From: Selaginella moellendorffii
Taxonomy: Eukaryota; Plantae; Lycopodiophyta
Assembly: GCF_000143415.4 (NCBI RefSeq)
Contig: NW_003314277.1
Span: 803,878-867,877, forward strand
Direction of reading: 5' to 3'
Length of the DNA: 64,000 bases
The translations under genes were made by a program, and so were the position numbers. A model generated the notes under the pieces. It saw only the letters and a list, made by a program, of their open reading frames with translations, was not told where the DNA came from and searched no databases. Position 1 is the first letter of the stretch; the number at the start of each line of letters is the position of its first letter. Shown one piece after another: positions 37,745-49,779 of the stretch.

Positions 37745-38600
37745 GGTATTAGAGAAGCAAAGCCTACAATCCAATTGGTTCTTTAAAAGGTGATAGTTCC
37801 ATTGCCGAATCGCTGGAAGCAGTTATGAATTTGGTGGGAATTCACCCTCACACAGGAAGAAGGGTTGTCTCATGAGTAAGCCCTCTCCACAAGTTTTTAA
37901 AGGCAGGAGAATTCATTATATTTCATGAAATTCCACAATTTCAGAAAAGTTCAAGCTTCCTTCTTTCAACAGGGATGGTCAGATAAACAAAAATCAGGTT
38001 GGCTCTCCAGTCTCTTCATAGCCAACAAGGTCAATGGGTGGTCTACATACAGCATGAATATTTGCAATGACAACTTGGCCAACACATGTGGAATGCTAAT
38101 AATGAGGAACTCTAGGATCATCTGTGTAGATATGAGCTAGGCTTGGATTGGCTAGACCTCAAGTTTGAAGAAAGATTCTTAAGCCTTGATAGTTATCATC
38201 TTATGCTCAAAATTCGGATAAAGAAGCAGAAGGAATCTAAGATAGTGTGGGTTTATACAGATGTTTAACTGTAGTGTAGCTAAGGCCTTCAATGCTTCAA
38301 GATTGGCAGTTGTGAGATTATTTCTTAGATGGACTAAAGAAATACTTGTTCATGAGGATGGAGAATCAATTTCCTAAGATGTTGTAAGGGGTGCTTAAGA
38401 GTTGGCGGTCAAAGAGTTGTTCAAGTAGGCAAATACATTATAGGATTTCATTCCTGCAATGAAATCTAAAGCTAAAGGTAGGAAGGGTAGATCATCAAAT
38501 GGCAACTTTTGGGAAGAAGCTAGTAAATTGAGCATTTGGGGAAGCTAAAGAGTTAGAAATACTTTTGATGCAAAAGAGATGATCACTAGGCCAAGAATTA
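37745..38600 (+). mobile_element. Decayed retrotransposon gag remnant (copy A)
   Basis: PBS-like TGGTATTAGAG at about 37744; reads WLDLKFEERFLSLDSYHLMLKIRIKKQKES (retrotransposon gag-like). A second copy lies at about 49780-50580 and continues at 60293. Confidence 0.6.
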
Positions 38601-38629
38601 TCTTTTGAATCATAAAGGATTTTAATGTT

Positions 38630-39418
38630 GCTTCATGCTTTTATCCTTCACTCTGTGGGCTGCATGGAGTTTAATTCTGTTCCTTCGTTTAGTGGTTTAA
38701 GGCCCTAAAACTTGGGTTCTACTTTGTTACCCTTGGACATGGGGGTTTAGGTTTTATTCCATGATAATCCTATGATAAATCATTATAGGGTAAAAGGTGA
38801 AAATTACATGTAATACAATTTTCATCCCAAAGTTGAGGCATTCACTAGCCTTGAATGTGATTTTAAAGTTATACTTTACATTTGATCCTAGTACTCCACT
38901 CATTTTACATTCAAAAGTACCACCAAAGTATCAACCTCTTATGCTAAGGCTATATTCATCCTTACTATCTCATTAGTAGCCTATATCTCTTTAATATTAA
39001 ACCTTCGATTCATGAGTACTTATATTATTGAGCTTTTATAGTTCTTAATTTGACCTTTGTTAATATATGGTTATATTTAGTCCATAATGTTGAAGTCCCT
39101 TTTTGTCCACAATAATGCTCAAAGGCTTCAATTTAGTCTTGATCTCGATTTTTGACTCCACTCTAGATCTAGTCTTGGACTTAATCTTAAACTTGGTTTC
39201 AGATTTAATTTCAATGTCAATCCTTCTTTTGTCCCTTTTTAGTTGATTGCTTATGTTTGTTCCTTAAGCATTTTTTTGGGAGTTTCATTCCCACTCTTGA
39301 TTTATCAAGTTTGAGCTTTTGGTTTAAATGTGTTACATTTATTACACTTCTGCTTTAACCATTACCACATGACACACTTTCAGCTCTATTTTTGGGATTT
39401 AGGGATTTATATCCTACA
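38630..39418 (+). mobile_element. Decayed LTR fragments (LARD-family LTR 3' end plus a copy of the 18125-19859 LTR)
   Basis: Alignable by eye to 60090-60292 and to 18200-19859, with mostly C>T/G>A changes. Confidence 0.6.
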
Positions 39419-40764
39419 AAAGTGTGTTTCTTTTAGTGTCTTGAATACCTTAGAGTGAGTATGTTTGGAAATCCTATATCAACATTTGTAATGCACTATG
39501 AGGCTAGGTCATATACACACACTTATTTCACTTCATGAGGTTGAAATTGGCAAGGAGTGAGTGAGTAGGCTATGTTGGCAAAAGATCAAAGAAGCATTTG
39601 CACCCTTCTAAGACGGTACAAAAATCTATTCAAGATGGTAATTTGTATTATTTTTGTTTTACTATAGCATGAATGATTATAATGACACTCTAAATCTGTA
39701 GGATGCATTGCTTCACCTATATCTGAATACAAAAATTCAGAAAACACTAAGCCTTTTGGAGTTGCACCTAATCCATAGGGTTAAAAGAGAACCAAAACAA
39801 TGGTATTTGTTCATATGGACCATTTTAGCTTCATTTCTGTTCAAGGTAAGGGAACTTTTTGATAAAAAATTTATCCGATCTGAATGGTTCAATTCCAGAA
39901 GTGGATAAATAGGGAGATTACAAAGATGGCAAATACTAAATTTGTTAGAACATCTGATAGCCAAGAAAAAGAGTTATGGAAAGTTTTCTATTTTTATTAA
40001 TTTGGGAAACTCTACTAAATCTGAGATTTAAGGAAGTTTCATTAAGTTTCAGCTAAGCTTTTTAACTAAAACTCTACTCTCTTAGATCTTTCCAAAGCAT
40101 AACAAATATTAAGAATAAAATATAAATTATTGTCAATTTAATATCCATTTAATAGCCTTTTGGAAATGCCTATTTTGTATTGAGTGGAACAGCCAGTCAC
40201 TATATTCATATATAAAAATAAATAAAATTACAAAAATATTCATGGATTATTTTATAATCTATTACTTCTAATTAAGATATTAAAGATTTTTAGAATTAAT
40301 GTAACAATGATTTACTTATAAGAAAAATCACTATCAACTAAATAGTTTTATTCATTTAAAGTATAATTATTTTACTTCATAATTTTACATCACCTGTTAA
40401 AAATAATTAATTATAGAATGAATGTATTTCAAAAAAAATTACCCAATTTCTAATTTTAAATTATGTCCTACACCTTCAATAAAAAACTTTGGATGAGTAA
40501 CTATATGTGTATATATTTTACAAAACCAAAAAAAGATAATACTTCTAATTTGATGCTATTTTTAGATTCAATTCTCATTTATTTATCCACCACTTTATAT
40601 ATTGTTGTTTGTTTGGTTGATTATGTGGACCATATAGTATATATCATTGAATTTTGACTTGTGTAATAGCATATATAAGTTTTTGATTTTCCACACATCT
40701 TCCTAACCATATTGGATATATATTATCTCTTGGACTTACAAATATATAATATCCTTCAGTAATT

Positions 40765-43050
40765 TTAGAGATGATAAAACATTTTTGACGTTGTTGATTT
40801 TTTTATCAACATAATAATTATCTGGTATATCAAGTTCATTATTCTCATTATATGAATCTTTTTTTTTTTAATCTCTCTTCGTGAATATAGCCAAAATCCT
40901 TTTAGTAGTCTTGAATTAACTATTGAAGGAGTTGATGGTGTATTGACTTCTTTTTTCCAATAATTAAGCACAGGCTCTATTTTGATAGTATAACCATTAA
41001 TATAATGCCTTTTTGTGGAAATCATTTTATCTATTATATTTTGTAATCCTAGTATAACTAATGGATCAACCATAGTTACAGGTAATAGATTCTTGATGAA
41101 AAACTCACATTTTATATTGCATAACTGGAAAATTACCTCTCATAGAAAAGTGAAATTATAATGTTTTAGAATGTCTTTGAAGCTCATTTGCACAATCATT
41201 AACCATTCACAAAACTTTTAAAATCTGGCACTTCTGTTATTAAATATCTTTCAAGCCCATTAAAAATGCAAATTTGCAGTTGATGTAACATATATGGGAA
41301 TGTTAAACATATTTTATGCTAAAGTGAATCTAAAACATGACTTAATAAAGCATCAATATCCTCATACGTATGCCCCACTATTAGAAAACTAATAGTGATT
41401 GTATCGAAACATCCATGAGCTACAAGTAGGGATAAATATGTAAATAACCATCAATTTTTGTTTTCTGATCCACAATTATCAAGTATTAATAAAAGATTTG
41501 GTGGTAAAATTGGTAAACTAATAGTTGTGACTATTGAAGCAGTGCACAAGGTTTCATGCACTTTTAAATTTGAAGCTAAAGTAAAAGTATTTGGAATATT
41601 TAAAGATTTTGACTCTTTTTGAAATTGATGAGTAATAACTGCTTTGTTATCAAGTAAAGCATTGCAACTCTTGCCCTTTTATAATTATTCCTTTTTCTCC
41701 ATGCTTTAAATGTAGTAGAAGTTTTGATAATAAACCAATTGTTAAGTTTGGATCACCAGGCCATTGTGGAACAAAAAAATGACAAAATTTATAAATCACA
41801 TCCAAATGTAATCATTGTAAAGCATACTAGCTTTTTTAAATGCAATAAGTGTCAGCTTATAAAGTAAGGTTTACAAGCTGCAAAATTAGAGCATGAGAAA
41901 CAATATTACGCTATCAGATGAGATAATTATATGCTTAGTTCTAGGATAGAACCATACCAAAATCTATATCAAAGCTTTTTGAATGTATTATAGCATGGAA
42001 AAAAACTTTTAAAATAAATTCTTGACAGTTTTTCCAACATGAATTCCATATTGCTCATTATAAGCCGTAAAATTATATATGTTTATTATGTACCTTTGAG
42101 AGCACTAATCAAGAGTCTTTTCTTATATGTGCCTTAGCTAGTGATTGTTGCTTATGTTTTGGAACTGGACCCTTAACTTTAAATTTCTTTGAGATTTATT
42201 AATAAATCTATATTATCTATTTGTATTTAATGATTCTCTAGATGCTGGTTCCTTTTCTTCTCCCAAGAATGTAACATTTGAAAATGGCCAATGAACTAAT
42301 TGTCCACAACTTAATATTTCAGACGGTAATATCTGAGTAATAACAACTCCCAAGTCAAAGTGACCAAGTACATAATCACTAACTGCATCACTTGGATCTA
42401 CTAATATATTTATCCCCAAAGCAATATGTAAACCATTGTGTGAAAGTTGAACAAAAACACCAATCTATATTTTTCTTGAGTATACCCATGTTGGAATCAC
42501 ACTTTTTCTTGAGTATAAGAAGCTAAAATGTCTAAATATAATTATTATAAATATAAAAAAGATACTTACTTTTTTATATTGAGTTTGAAGGCCATGCATT
42601 GGCCATAAAACATGATGCCCCAACTTTCATGTTCTTTATAGTATTATTAACAACTATCTTTGTGATTGAAACATAAACTTTATGTTATGCAAGCAATTCA
42701 TTATGAAATATTTTGCTACTATCCAAAGAAATAATAACGGATTCTGCAATTTTAGTATTGTCTACTAAAAGATTGCATTTGTCACCCTCTTTCCAAAGAT
42801 CTATTAACAAAACTTTAATAACTAAAATTTTTATTCTTTTTTGTCAATATTTTTTTATGGGTTTGAACTTGAAGTGATTGTAATAGCCATGATATAAAGC
42901 TTTCAGCTTCTAAATCATTTACCAATTTATCAATTAAAAATTTCTTTATACAAACATAAGTATTTCCTTCACCAAGTGGTAAATTATGGACAATTCTTCT
43001 ACTATCCATTGAGATAATAACACCTTCTACTATTGTACATCTCCTTTAAG
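40765..43050 (-). mobile_element. Sola-like DNA transposon relic (transposase pseudogene plus accessory fragments)
   Basis: The minus strand at about 41340-41500 translates LILDNCGSENKN*WLFTYLSLLVAHGCFDTITISFLIVGHTYEDIDAL, and upstream WPGDPNLTIGLL. The 'VHNLPLGEGN' fragment resembles TE accessory domains. AT-rich with many stops. Confidence 0.65.
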
Positions 43051-44044
43051 TATGTTACATTTGTCTCCCTCATTTAAAGTCACTCATATATATACAAAAA
43101 AGACTAAAAACATGTATTATTATCCATGTAGTTTAATAATGAATTAGGATAATATGTCCATAAAATGGATGAGTGGTAATTAAAGTTAAAGTGCATGAGC
43201 ACTCACGGAGCACAAATGGAATGCAAGCTTAGGGAAACATACACTGTTATCTATGTATAAAATGCCGAGTGGTTTAGTACAATATGAATTAGGATAATAA
43301 AGTCCATAAAATGGTAATTAAAGTTAACAAAATGGAATGTAAGCTCACATGATGACATTTATGTAGTTTACTATTAGGATTGCATGACATGCCTTAAAAT
43401 CAGAACTACTAAGCTCTAATTTTACTATAGCTCACACTAAAAAACGTAACTGCATGAGACAAGTGCGTGAGGCTGGCGCTTCTGGGGGACATGGGCAAGA
43501 ATGAGAGAATGAGGCTAGAGACTGACAGGTCTAAGCTGAGCGTAAGAATACATGGATAGGGTTGGGAGAGAGGTGGGCAAAAAGAGCTGGCCAGGGTGAG
43601 AGAGGGATGCAAGCACCCTGCACCTACCTAGGGAATGCAAGAGAAAAAGGAGAGAACTTACTTCTTGCTCCTCACTTCTGAGCAACACACAGCCCACCCA
43701 GAAAACAGGGAAGGGAAAGCAATCTGTTTCACCAAGAACTAGGTAGTCAGGTACACAGCTCTGCGATCACGCCATTGCTTCTGTCACTCCTCCATCAAGA
43801 ATATCTCTGGTGCTGTGCCTCTGGGAGCGTGTTCTCACCGCCTCCTGCTCACCGATTTCAGACAGGTACTGCATTTGCTTCAGGGGCCACAGAATCAGCT
43901 GGAAATGACACTGCTCATACTATGATTCATGGGTGCTGCCAGGAGTTCGGGCTGGGATGGAGGCGGAAACAGTCGAACAGCGACAGCCTTGACGACTGGC
44001 TTGCTTGTCCTCGGATGGATGAAGGAGACCATCAAGGACAAGGG

Positions 44045-44079
<35 letters not shown>

Positions 44080-44726
44080 CTGAAATTCCTCTCTCATATA
44101 CTCTCATATACAATTGCTTATAAGCAATGGAATTCTGGCAGGTAGGCCCTGCTGAAGGCCATACCTATAGCATGCTCACATACGTGATGGTTTTGAGTGG
44201 TCTTTGGAGAGACCACTCAGAGTTTAGCTTTTAAAGTTCCTCCTCAAATCTCACATTGTCCACAAAGGTAAAAACGTTTCTCCTTTCTTGACAGCATCCA
44301 GATGGTAGAAAGCTTGTCTCAGCTTCAAAATCAAGCTTGAATGTCCAAGCACCGAGCTGAGGTGAAACCAAACTTTCTCTTTCACGTTTTTTTTTCTAAA
44401 CTACTGCTAGGTTTCATTATTCATGATGGTGCTACTAGTGGACTAGAAGATGGCGATATACAGGTAGCAGAGAAAGAAACAGGATTTCTCCTTGATTGTT
44501 CTTTTACACCACTTTGAACTGGGCTAGGACAATGAGAACTTGTGTTTGGCTTGGATTGTCTCCTTGAGATTGTTCGAAACCTTCAGCAGAAGTATTTTGT
44601 ATTTCATTCTTACTAGGTGCAAGAAACATGTTGGTTCAACAGCGCTACATGACAAGCAGCCTTGGAGCCCTTGTTGCCCCAGCAGAGCTAGCACCACCAG
44701 GGCATTGCCATATTTTGAGAGCTTAC

Positions 44727-44839
44727 CACCCTGCCCTAGCATGTCCAACATGTGAGGAGGAAAATGACACGTCATTTTCCTCCTCACATGTTGGACATGC
44801 TAGGGCAGGGTGTACAAGAATCTCTGGATTCTTGTACAC
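44727..44839. repeat. Two abutting perfect inverted repeats (42-bp arms with 2-nt loop; 13-bp arms with 4-nt loop)
   Basis: CACCCTGCCC...AAAATGAC-AC-GTCATTTT...GGGCAGGGTG followed by GTGTACAAGAATC-TCTG-GATTCTTGTACAC. Confidence 0.95.
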
Positions 44840-45249
44840 TGGCATATTGTTTTAAGATTGTTTAGATTTTAATTCTTCATTAAACAAAGCTACGATAAAT
44901 TCCATTAGATACATGAAGGGAATGGCAACGTTGAGTGCCTTCAAACAAAATGGTGTGGGAGACGATTGAGTCAATAATCTCCATAGTGTTCTTGGCAACA
45001 GCCACCAATGTCTAGGGAGTGTAGACATTGTTGCTACATTGGTGTTTGATGGTCACGGCAACACAAAGTACAGCCGATGCGGGTGGGCGAGCACAGCAGC
45101 ATCTCTATCCTCTTGTGCAAGAGTGATGACAAGTGGTTTGCATGCAACTCCTTATATCATCAATCACCATGTCCACCATCACTCTCCTTTAGGATGTATT
45201 TCCTTGCACTGGCCAAGATTAGCGTCCACTCCTAGAGAAGGTGATCACC

Positions 45250-45664
45250 AAAGGAAATGTTCAAAGCAGATACTAGCAGTCAAGGAGCAAGATTTGTCAA
45301 GGCTGCACAGCACTTCTTCACCTCTTTCAACAACAAGACCTGAACAGAAATCTGGATCAAGATGCCAGTCATGAATACATTCATCAAACAACCAGCTGCA
45401 CACATGGGCAAGTGCTCCACCAGCGGCCGGTCTTGAGTTCATTCAGCATCATACTCTTAAGACTACAAGTTCAAGAAACACTTTAGATGATCTTGGGATT
45501 CAGATCGAGGGGGAGTGTTGGAGCATGAATCTAGAGGTCCAGTCTTTCCTTGGGACTTTTCTTGTTTCAGAAGTGTAGTTTTTTATATAACTAGGCAAAA
45601 TCAAATTAGTTTTAATTAGTGTATTTTAGCTATATTAATTGTTAAAATGATTTAGTTCACAACA
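45250..45664 (+). mobile_element. Possible 3' end of a Copia-like element
   Basis: PPT-like GAGGGGGAG followed by TGTTGG at about 45516 and an AT-rich segment ending ..CAACA. Coding remnants are weak. Confidence 0.35.
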
Positions 45665-47180
45665 CCAAATGGATTTTTCTTCCAAGGGCAAGATAAGGCA
45701 AAGCATTTGAGCATTTGAGTTGGAGCTAGAAAAAGTTTCTAGAATGTAAGGCATTGTATAACAAACCTCTTTTACTGTACAAGAAAAAATCCCCAAGTTT
45801 TACCGGCTTGATCCTTTTGTTGTTTAAATTAACGAATTCAAAAGAAAGTTCAAAACATCAACCAGCTGACTGTCATCCCACCTATGGCTGCCTTAGGCAC
45901 GCCCAGCTCCAATCTGGCCCAATCAGGGCCTTCCTCCAAGCAGAAATGATGTGGCCCAGTTCATGGTGTCGTAGGTGTGTCTCACATTACAACAGATGTT
46001 GATTCTTGGTCACAGCAATGGCAACTCCTCCAAACACTGCACCACAACACCACTAACTCACTTCTTTCTCTCCCTGGTGATGCTTGACACCTCTCTACAC
46101 ATGGGATCATCATGCTTCCACAGCCAACCACAAGTCTGCCATGGAAGCTCTTGTCAAGCTTACAAAAAAAAAAGCCTTATTATGGCGTAATCTCATGCTA
46201 TGCAAGCACCACGAAACTCTCATGACGGTTATGCATTTGACAGGTGGCGTCTATCTCTGTGTTAAAATGCTACGCAGTGGGATTTCAGTCTTGTTGCATC
46301 CGCATGTAAACACCCACTTTTGCCAAGGAAGAAATCCCAAGATCATTAGGCTGGGATTTGCTGCGGGTATCTGCATTGTCATGCAAAAGAAAGGTTTTTC
46401 CCGTTGCATCTTGTACAAGAGGCTTCGCTGCTCAGTAAAAGGCTCAGTCGTAGCGGGAAATTGCACGTCCAATCCTTGGAGCACTGGCCCCAACGCGTAG
46501 GAACCCCGGCATCGTCCAACGATCACAAATCTAGAGCCAGGCATCCGACACCTCCATAAAGCAGCCATCCATTGCGTTAGCGCACTGGAGGCGTGATTCT
46601 GGAAACCCTCAACCCTAAAGCATTCGTCTTGAGAAGAAGCATGTACGCTAGCAGGGATTATCGTCGGCTCGATGCTCCTCGCAGGGATCGCAGTCGTGTG
46701 TCATAGACGAACTCGTAGTGAAAAGGATTTCCCCACGCTTGGAGTCTGCTGCTCGAGATCAAACTCTGCATTTGCTCGGGGGTCTGGGCATTTGCTCGGA
46801 GCAATGGACGGTCAGCAATAGCTGCAGTAAGTCTAGACGAGTAGCTCACAACGTATAATTGTGCTTCCTACAGGCAACCCGCCAAACTCACGTCTCTCTC
46901 TACAAAAGGAGACAAAATATCATCCTTTTGCATGCCGTTTTTGATCTCCTTTCTTTGGACTTAAGCCGATGTGGCATGTGATTCGCTAGAACACGTGGCT
47001 CTATCGAAAAGTGGCACGTGGATCATGGTTTGACGGCCAAGATGTAGGTCCACCTTTGAACGGCTACAAGTGATAACGAGTGGAGGCCCTAGGTTTTGAG
47101 GTGGTGTCATGGCAGTAAGTTCTTTCATGAGAGTCTCACAACATCCGTAGCTCACAAACTCACTGCAGTGGAGGGAGGCC

Positions 47181-49241
47181 TTGAACAAGCTCATGCCTTT
47201 GCTGTGTCAACACGAGGTGGTTGACATAGAAGCCAACCTTGAGTCCTCTTCCTCTACCGTCCAGAGTAGGACGGAGGAGGCGCTTGCCAATGCAGGGGAA
47301 CACCCCCTCGTACGGGCTAGAGTGTTCGTGCCTTTCATACGAAAACTGCCAGACATGAGAGATTCTTCGGACTGCAACAGCTATAACCAGGAGACCTTGG
47401 AGTTTTACAGCGATCTGACTAGGAGGTGGCAGGCCATGGGGGGATGTCCCGTGGTAGATTTCTCGAGCATCAATGAGTGGCTGCCCAAAGAGGACAATCC
47501 TTACAGTCTCGGTCAGTATGGCTCTACTACAGTGAACAGGACCCCCAGCACGAGGTGCAGCGACATCACTCTTGACAGGTTTCAGAACTTTTGGGCAAGC
47601 AAGAAGGGCGTCGTCCTGGGGGCTCTTCCCAAGGAATGCCTGACCCAAGTAGTGACGGATGAATCTGACAAGAGCAATAAGGGGGTGGAATCGTATCGAA
47701 GGCAGCGTATTCTGTTTGTGGAGCTTGCCAAGGCTATAGCTGCTGCAGAAGGGGTGCTCGTTAACATTACGTGGGGCTCGAAAGGCGCTGAGGACCCTAT
47801 TTTTGACTCTAGAAGGCCAGACAGTTTCTTCAAAATCGGCGACTCTTGGATCTTTATAGAGTTGAAGACTACTAAGGGTGATAACCGCAAGATTGCTGAA
47901 GCCAGGGGACAGGTGGTGATTCTTGGTAACGTGTTGTGGAGGCTGAGAAGCAGATACCAGCTGTTCTACACGTTTCAGAATGAAGTCCTTGGCCTTGTCG
48001 GGAACGGCATTGACGTGCAATGCGTGAGGCAGATCCATGCTTATGGGCGACGCGTGAAAACTTATGACGGGTGGCTGCTTCCACTTGCGAATGAGGATTT
48101 GGAACCAGGGGATTCCTACGTGGTAGACATCGAGTCACCGTCTCTGGAGTGGGTGGCCGCTGCTCTTTATCGGGTAGTGATGACCAATGCGTCCAACATG
48201 AGTGCTCGTGGCGAAATGAACAAGGACGGCTTCCAGCGCAAATACGGCAGCCTCAAACTCATGACCCAGGCTGGTTACTGGGTCGGCAGCGAGTATCTCC
48301 AGCTTGCAAGCGAGACAAGAGTTACTCCTCCCTCCAAGGAAGTTGTGGTAACTGTCGTGGGAGCTACCCGGAACAACAAGATATCCGTGGTTATGAAAGT
48401 CTTGTGGGAGGGCGAAGTGTGGTGGCTCAAAGTTGGCCCAGAAGCAGAGGCACGCAGCAAGGCCCTTGAGGAACCTGACGAGCTACCTACAGGAGGCTGG
48501 GAAAGGTGGTTCCAGACGGAGAGAGATATGATATCCAGGGCAATGCTGGGTGACGGTGTTGCTCTTGCAGTGGCACTGGAAGGTGTCAACAGGCCAGCGA
48601 TGCTTGTCAAGGACGCCGGTGATTCTGTGGAGAAGCAGCAGCTCTCGAGGCAGTTTGCACCGGCTGACGTTTATGAGATGAGCAAGCAGCTGTATGAGGC
48701 TCTCGAGGCTAGTGGCACGAAAGGAGTCATTCACGGGGATGTTTGTCTCGAAAACATCTGCCTCAAGGGTGGTGTCTACAGCTTGATAGACTGGGGGCTG
48801 GCCTGCGGTCATCCATTTTCGACCCTAGCACCTGCGGTGGACAAGGCCTGGCCGGGCCTGGACGTGGTGTACGGGATGCCTAAGATCCCCAACTGGGAGA
48901 TGTCCCCGGATTGTTACTTTTGCGGGGGGAGGCCTAGCGACGTGGTGCACGACGAGGAGAGCTTGCTTTATTGCTGCCTCAAGATGCTGGGAGGCAACAC
49001 CCTGCCTTGGAGCGATGCTGCTGTGTCTGGCGATGAGTTTGAGGTTCTGCAAATCAGGACTGCGACCATGGGATCTCTCATCGAGGAGCACGGACGTCAC
49101 CTTTACCCGCCACTACTGCGCAAGGCTTGTGGTGTGAACAGGCTGGCCTGGAGCTTCGTGGGATCGTCATCATTGCTGCCCACGCATGAAGCCGAGCGAA
49201 AAGGAGATAGCATAATTCAGGATGGGGAAGCCAGTGTGTGA
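47181..49241 (+). CDS. PD-(D/E)xK REase-fold domain + atypical protein kinase (CR/FunK1-like architecture); true 5' end may include upstream exon(s)
   Basis: 686-codon uninterrupted ORF. Nuclease motifs E(SY)...RRPDSFF...IFIELK...GQ; kinase WLKVG, TERD, IHGDVCLEN, LIDWGLA, HDEESLLY, LPW. Confidence 0.82.
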   Translation: MNKLMPLLCQHEVVDIEANLESSSSTVQSRTEEALANAGEHPLVRARVFVPFIRKLPDMRDSSDCNSYNQETLEFYSDLTRRWQAMGGCPVVDFSSINEWLPKEDNPYSLGQYGSTTVNRTPSTRCSDITLDRFQNFWASKKGVVLGALPKECLTQVVTDESDKSNKGVESYRRQRILFVELAKAIAAAEGVLVNITWGSKGAEDPIFDSRRPDSFFKIGDSWIFIELKTTKGDNRKIAEARGQVVILGNVLWRLRSRYQLFYTFQNEVLGLVGNGIDVQCVRQIHAYGRRVKTYDGWLLPLANEDLEPGDSYVVDIESPSLEWVAAALYRVVMTNASNMSARGEMNKDGFQRKYGSLKLMTQAGYWVGSEYLQLASETRVTPPSKEVVVTVVGATRNNKISVVMKVLWEGEVWWLKVGPEAEARSKALEEPDELPTGGWERWFQTERDMISRAMLGDGVALAVALEGVNRPAMLVKDAGDSVEKQQLSRQFAPADVYEMSKQLYEALEASGTKGVIHGDVCLENICLKGGVYSLIDWGLACGHPFSTLAPAVDKAWPGLDVVYGMPKIPNWEMSPDCYFCGGRPSDVVHDEESLLYCCLKMLGGNTLPWSDAAVSGDEFEVLQIRTATMGSLIEEHGRHLYPPLLRKACGVNRLAWSFVGSSSLLPTHEAERKGDSIIQDGEASV

Positions 49242-49779
49242 GCCACTCCGCTTGCTGGATACAAAAGCTTAGTGGCAGGAGCACCAGATTGTGTATGTAT
49301 CCCAACAGCGACAAGGTGATTGGAGGAGTCCACCGGACTGCCTTCGGCTCAGAAAAGCTATATGAAAGTTGTTGTGCTCAGAAAGCAATGCCTTGGCTTA
49401 ATTCCAATATCTAATCGCCTTTTGGTTGTGTCCACAGAGATTCAACTTGGTTTCTTTCTTCTTTCTTTCTTGGTTTCGGCCAATACATGAATGAATGAAT
49501 GATGGATTGGAGCTAGTTGGATTTATAGGAACTTCTGCTGCTGCTCTGAATCTTCCTTCCTCCTGTGATCCCGACCTCCCATGACCAACTTTTGATCGAT
49601 CTTTCTGCTGTGGGCGCAGTTTGATTTCCTCCACACTGGTTTGGATATTGGATCCTAACAGCGATCTCATTGCCCAGAGGACGCACTCTTGATCTGCCCA
49701 CCCGTGTAGATCCCAGCCATGAGGAGATAGATTCCAGCATGACACTCGCCTAGATCGATCAAAGCCTCAAACGCAACCT

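Noticed and set aside
40182-45885. Possible TIR pair for the Sola-like element
   Set aside because: The match between about 40182-40200 and about 45865-45883 is too weak and no TSD is evident.
47160-48038. 292-aa minus-strand ORF
   Set aside because: Antisense shadow of the REase-kinase ORF with no motifs.
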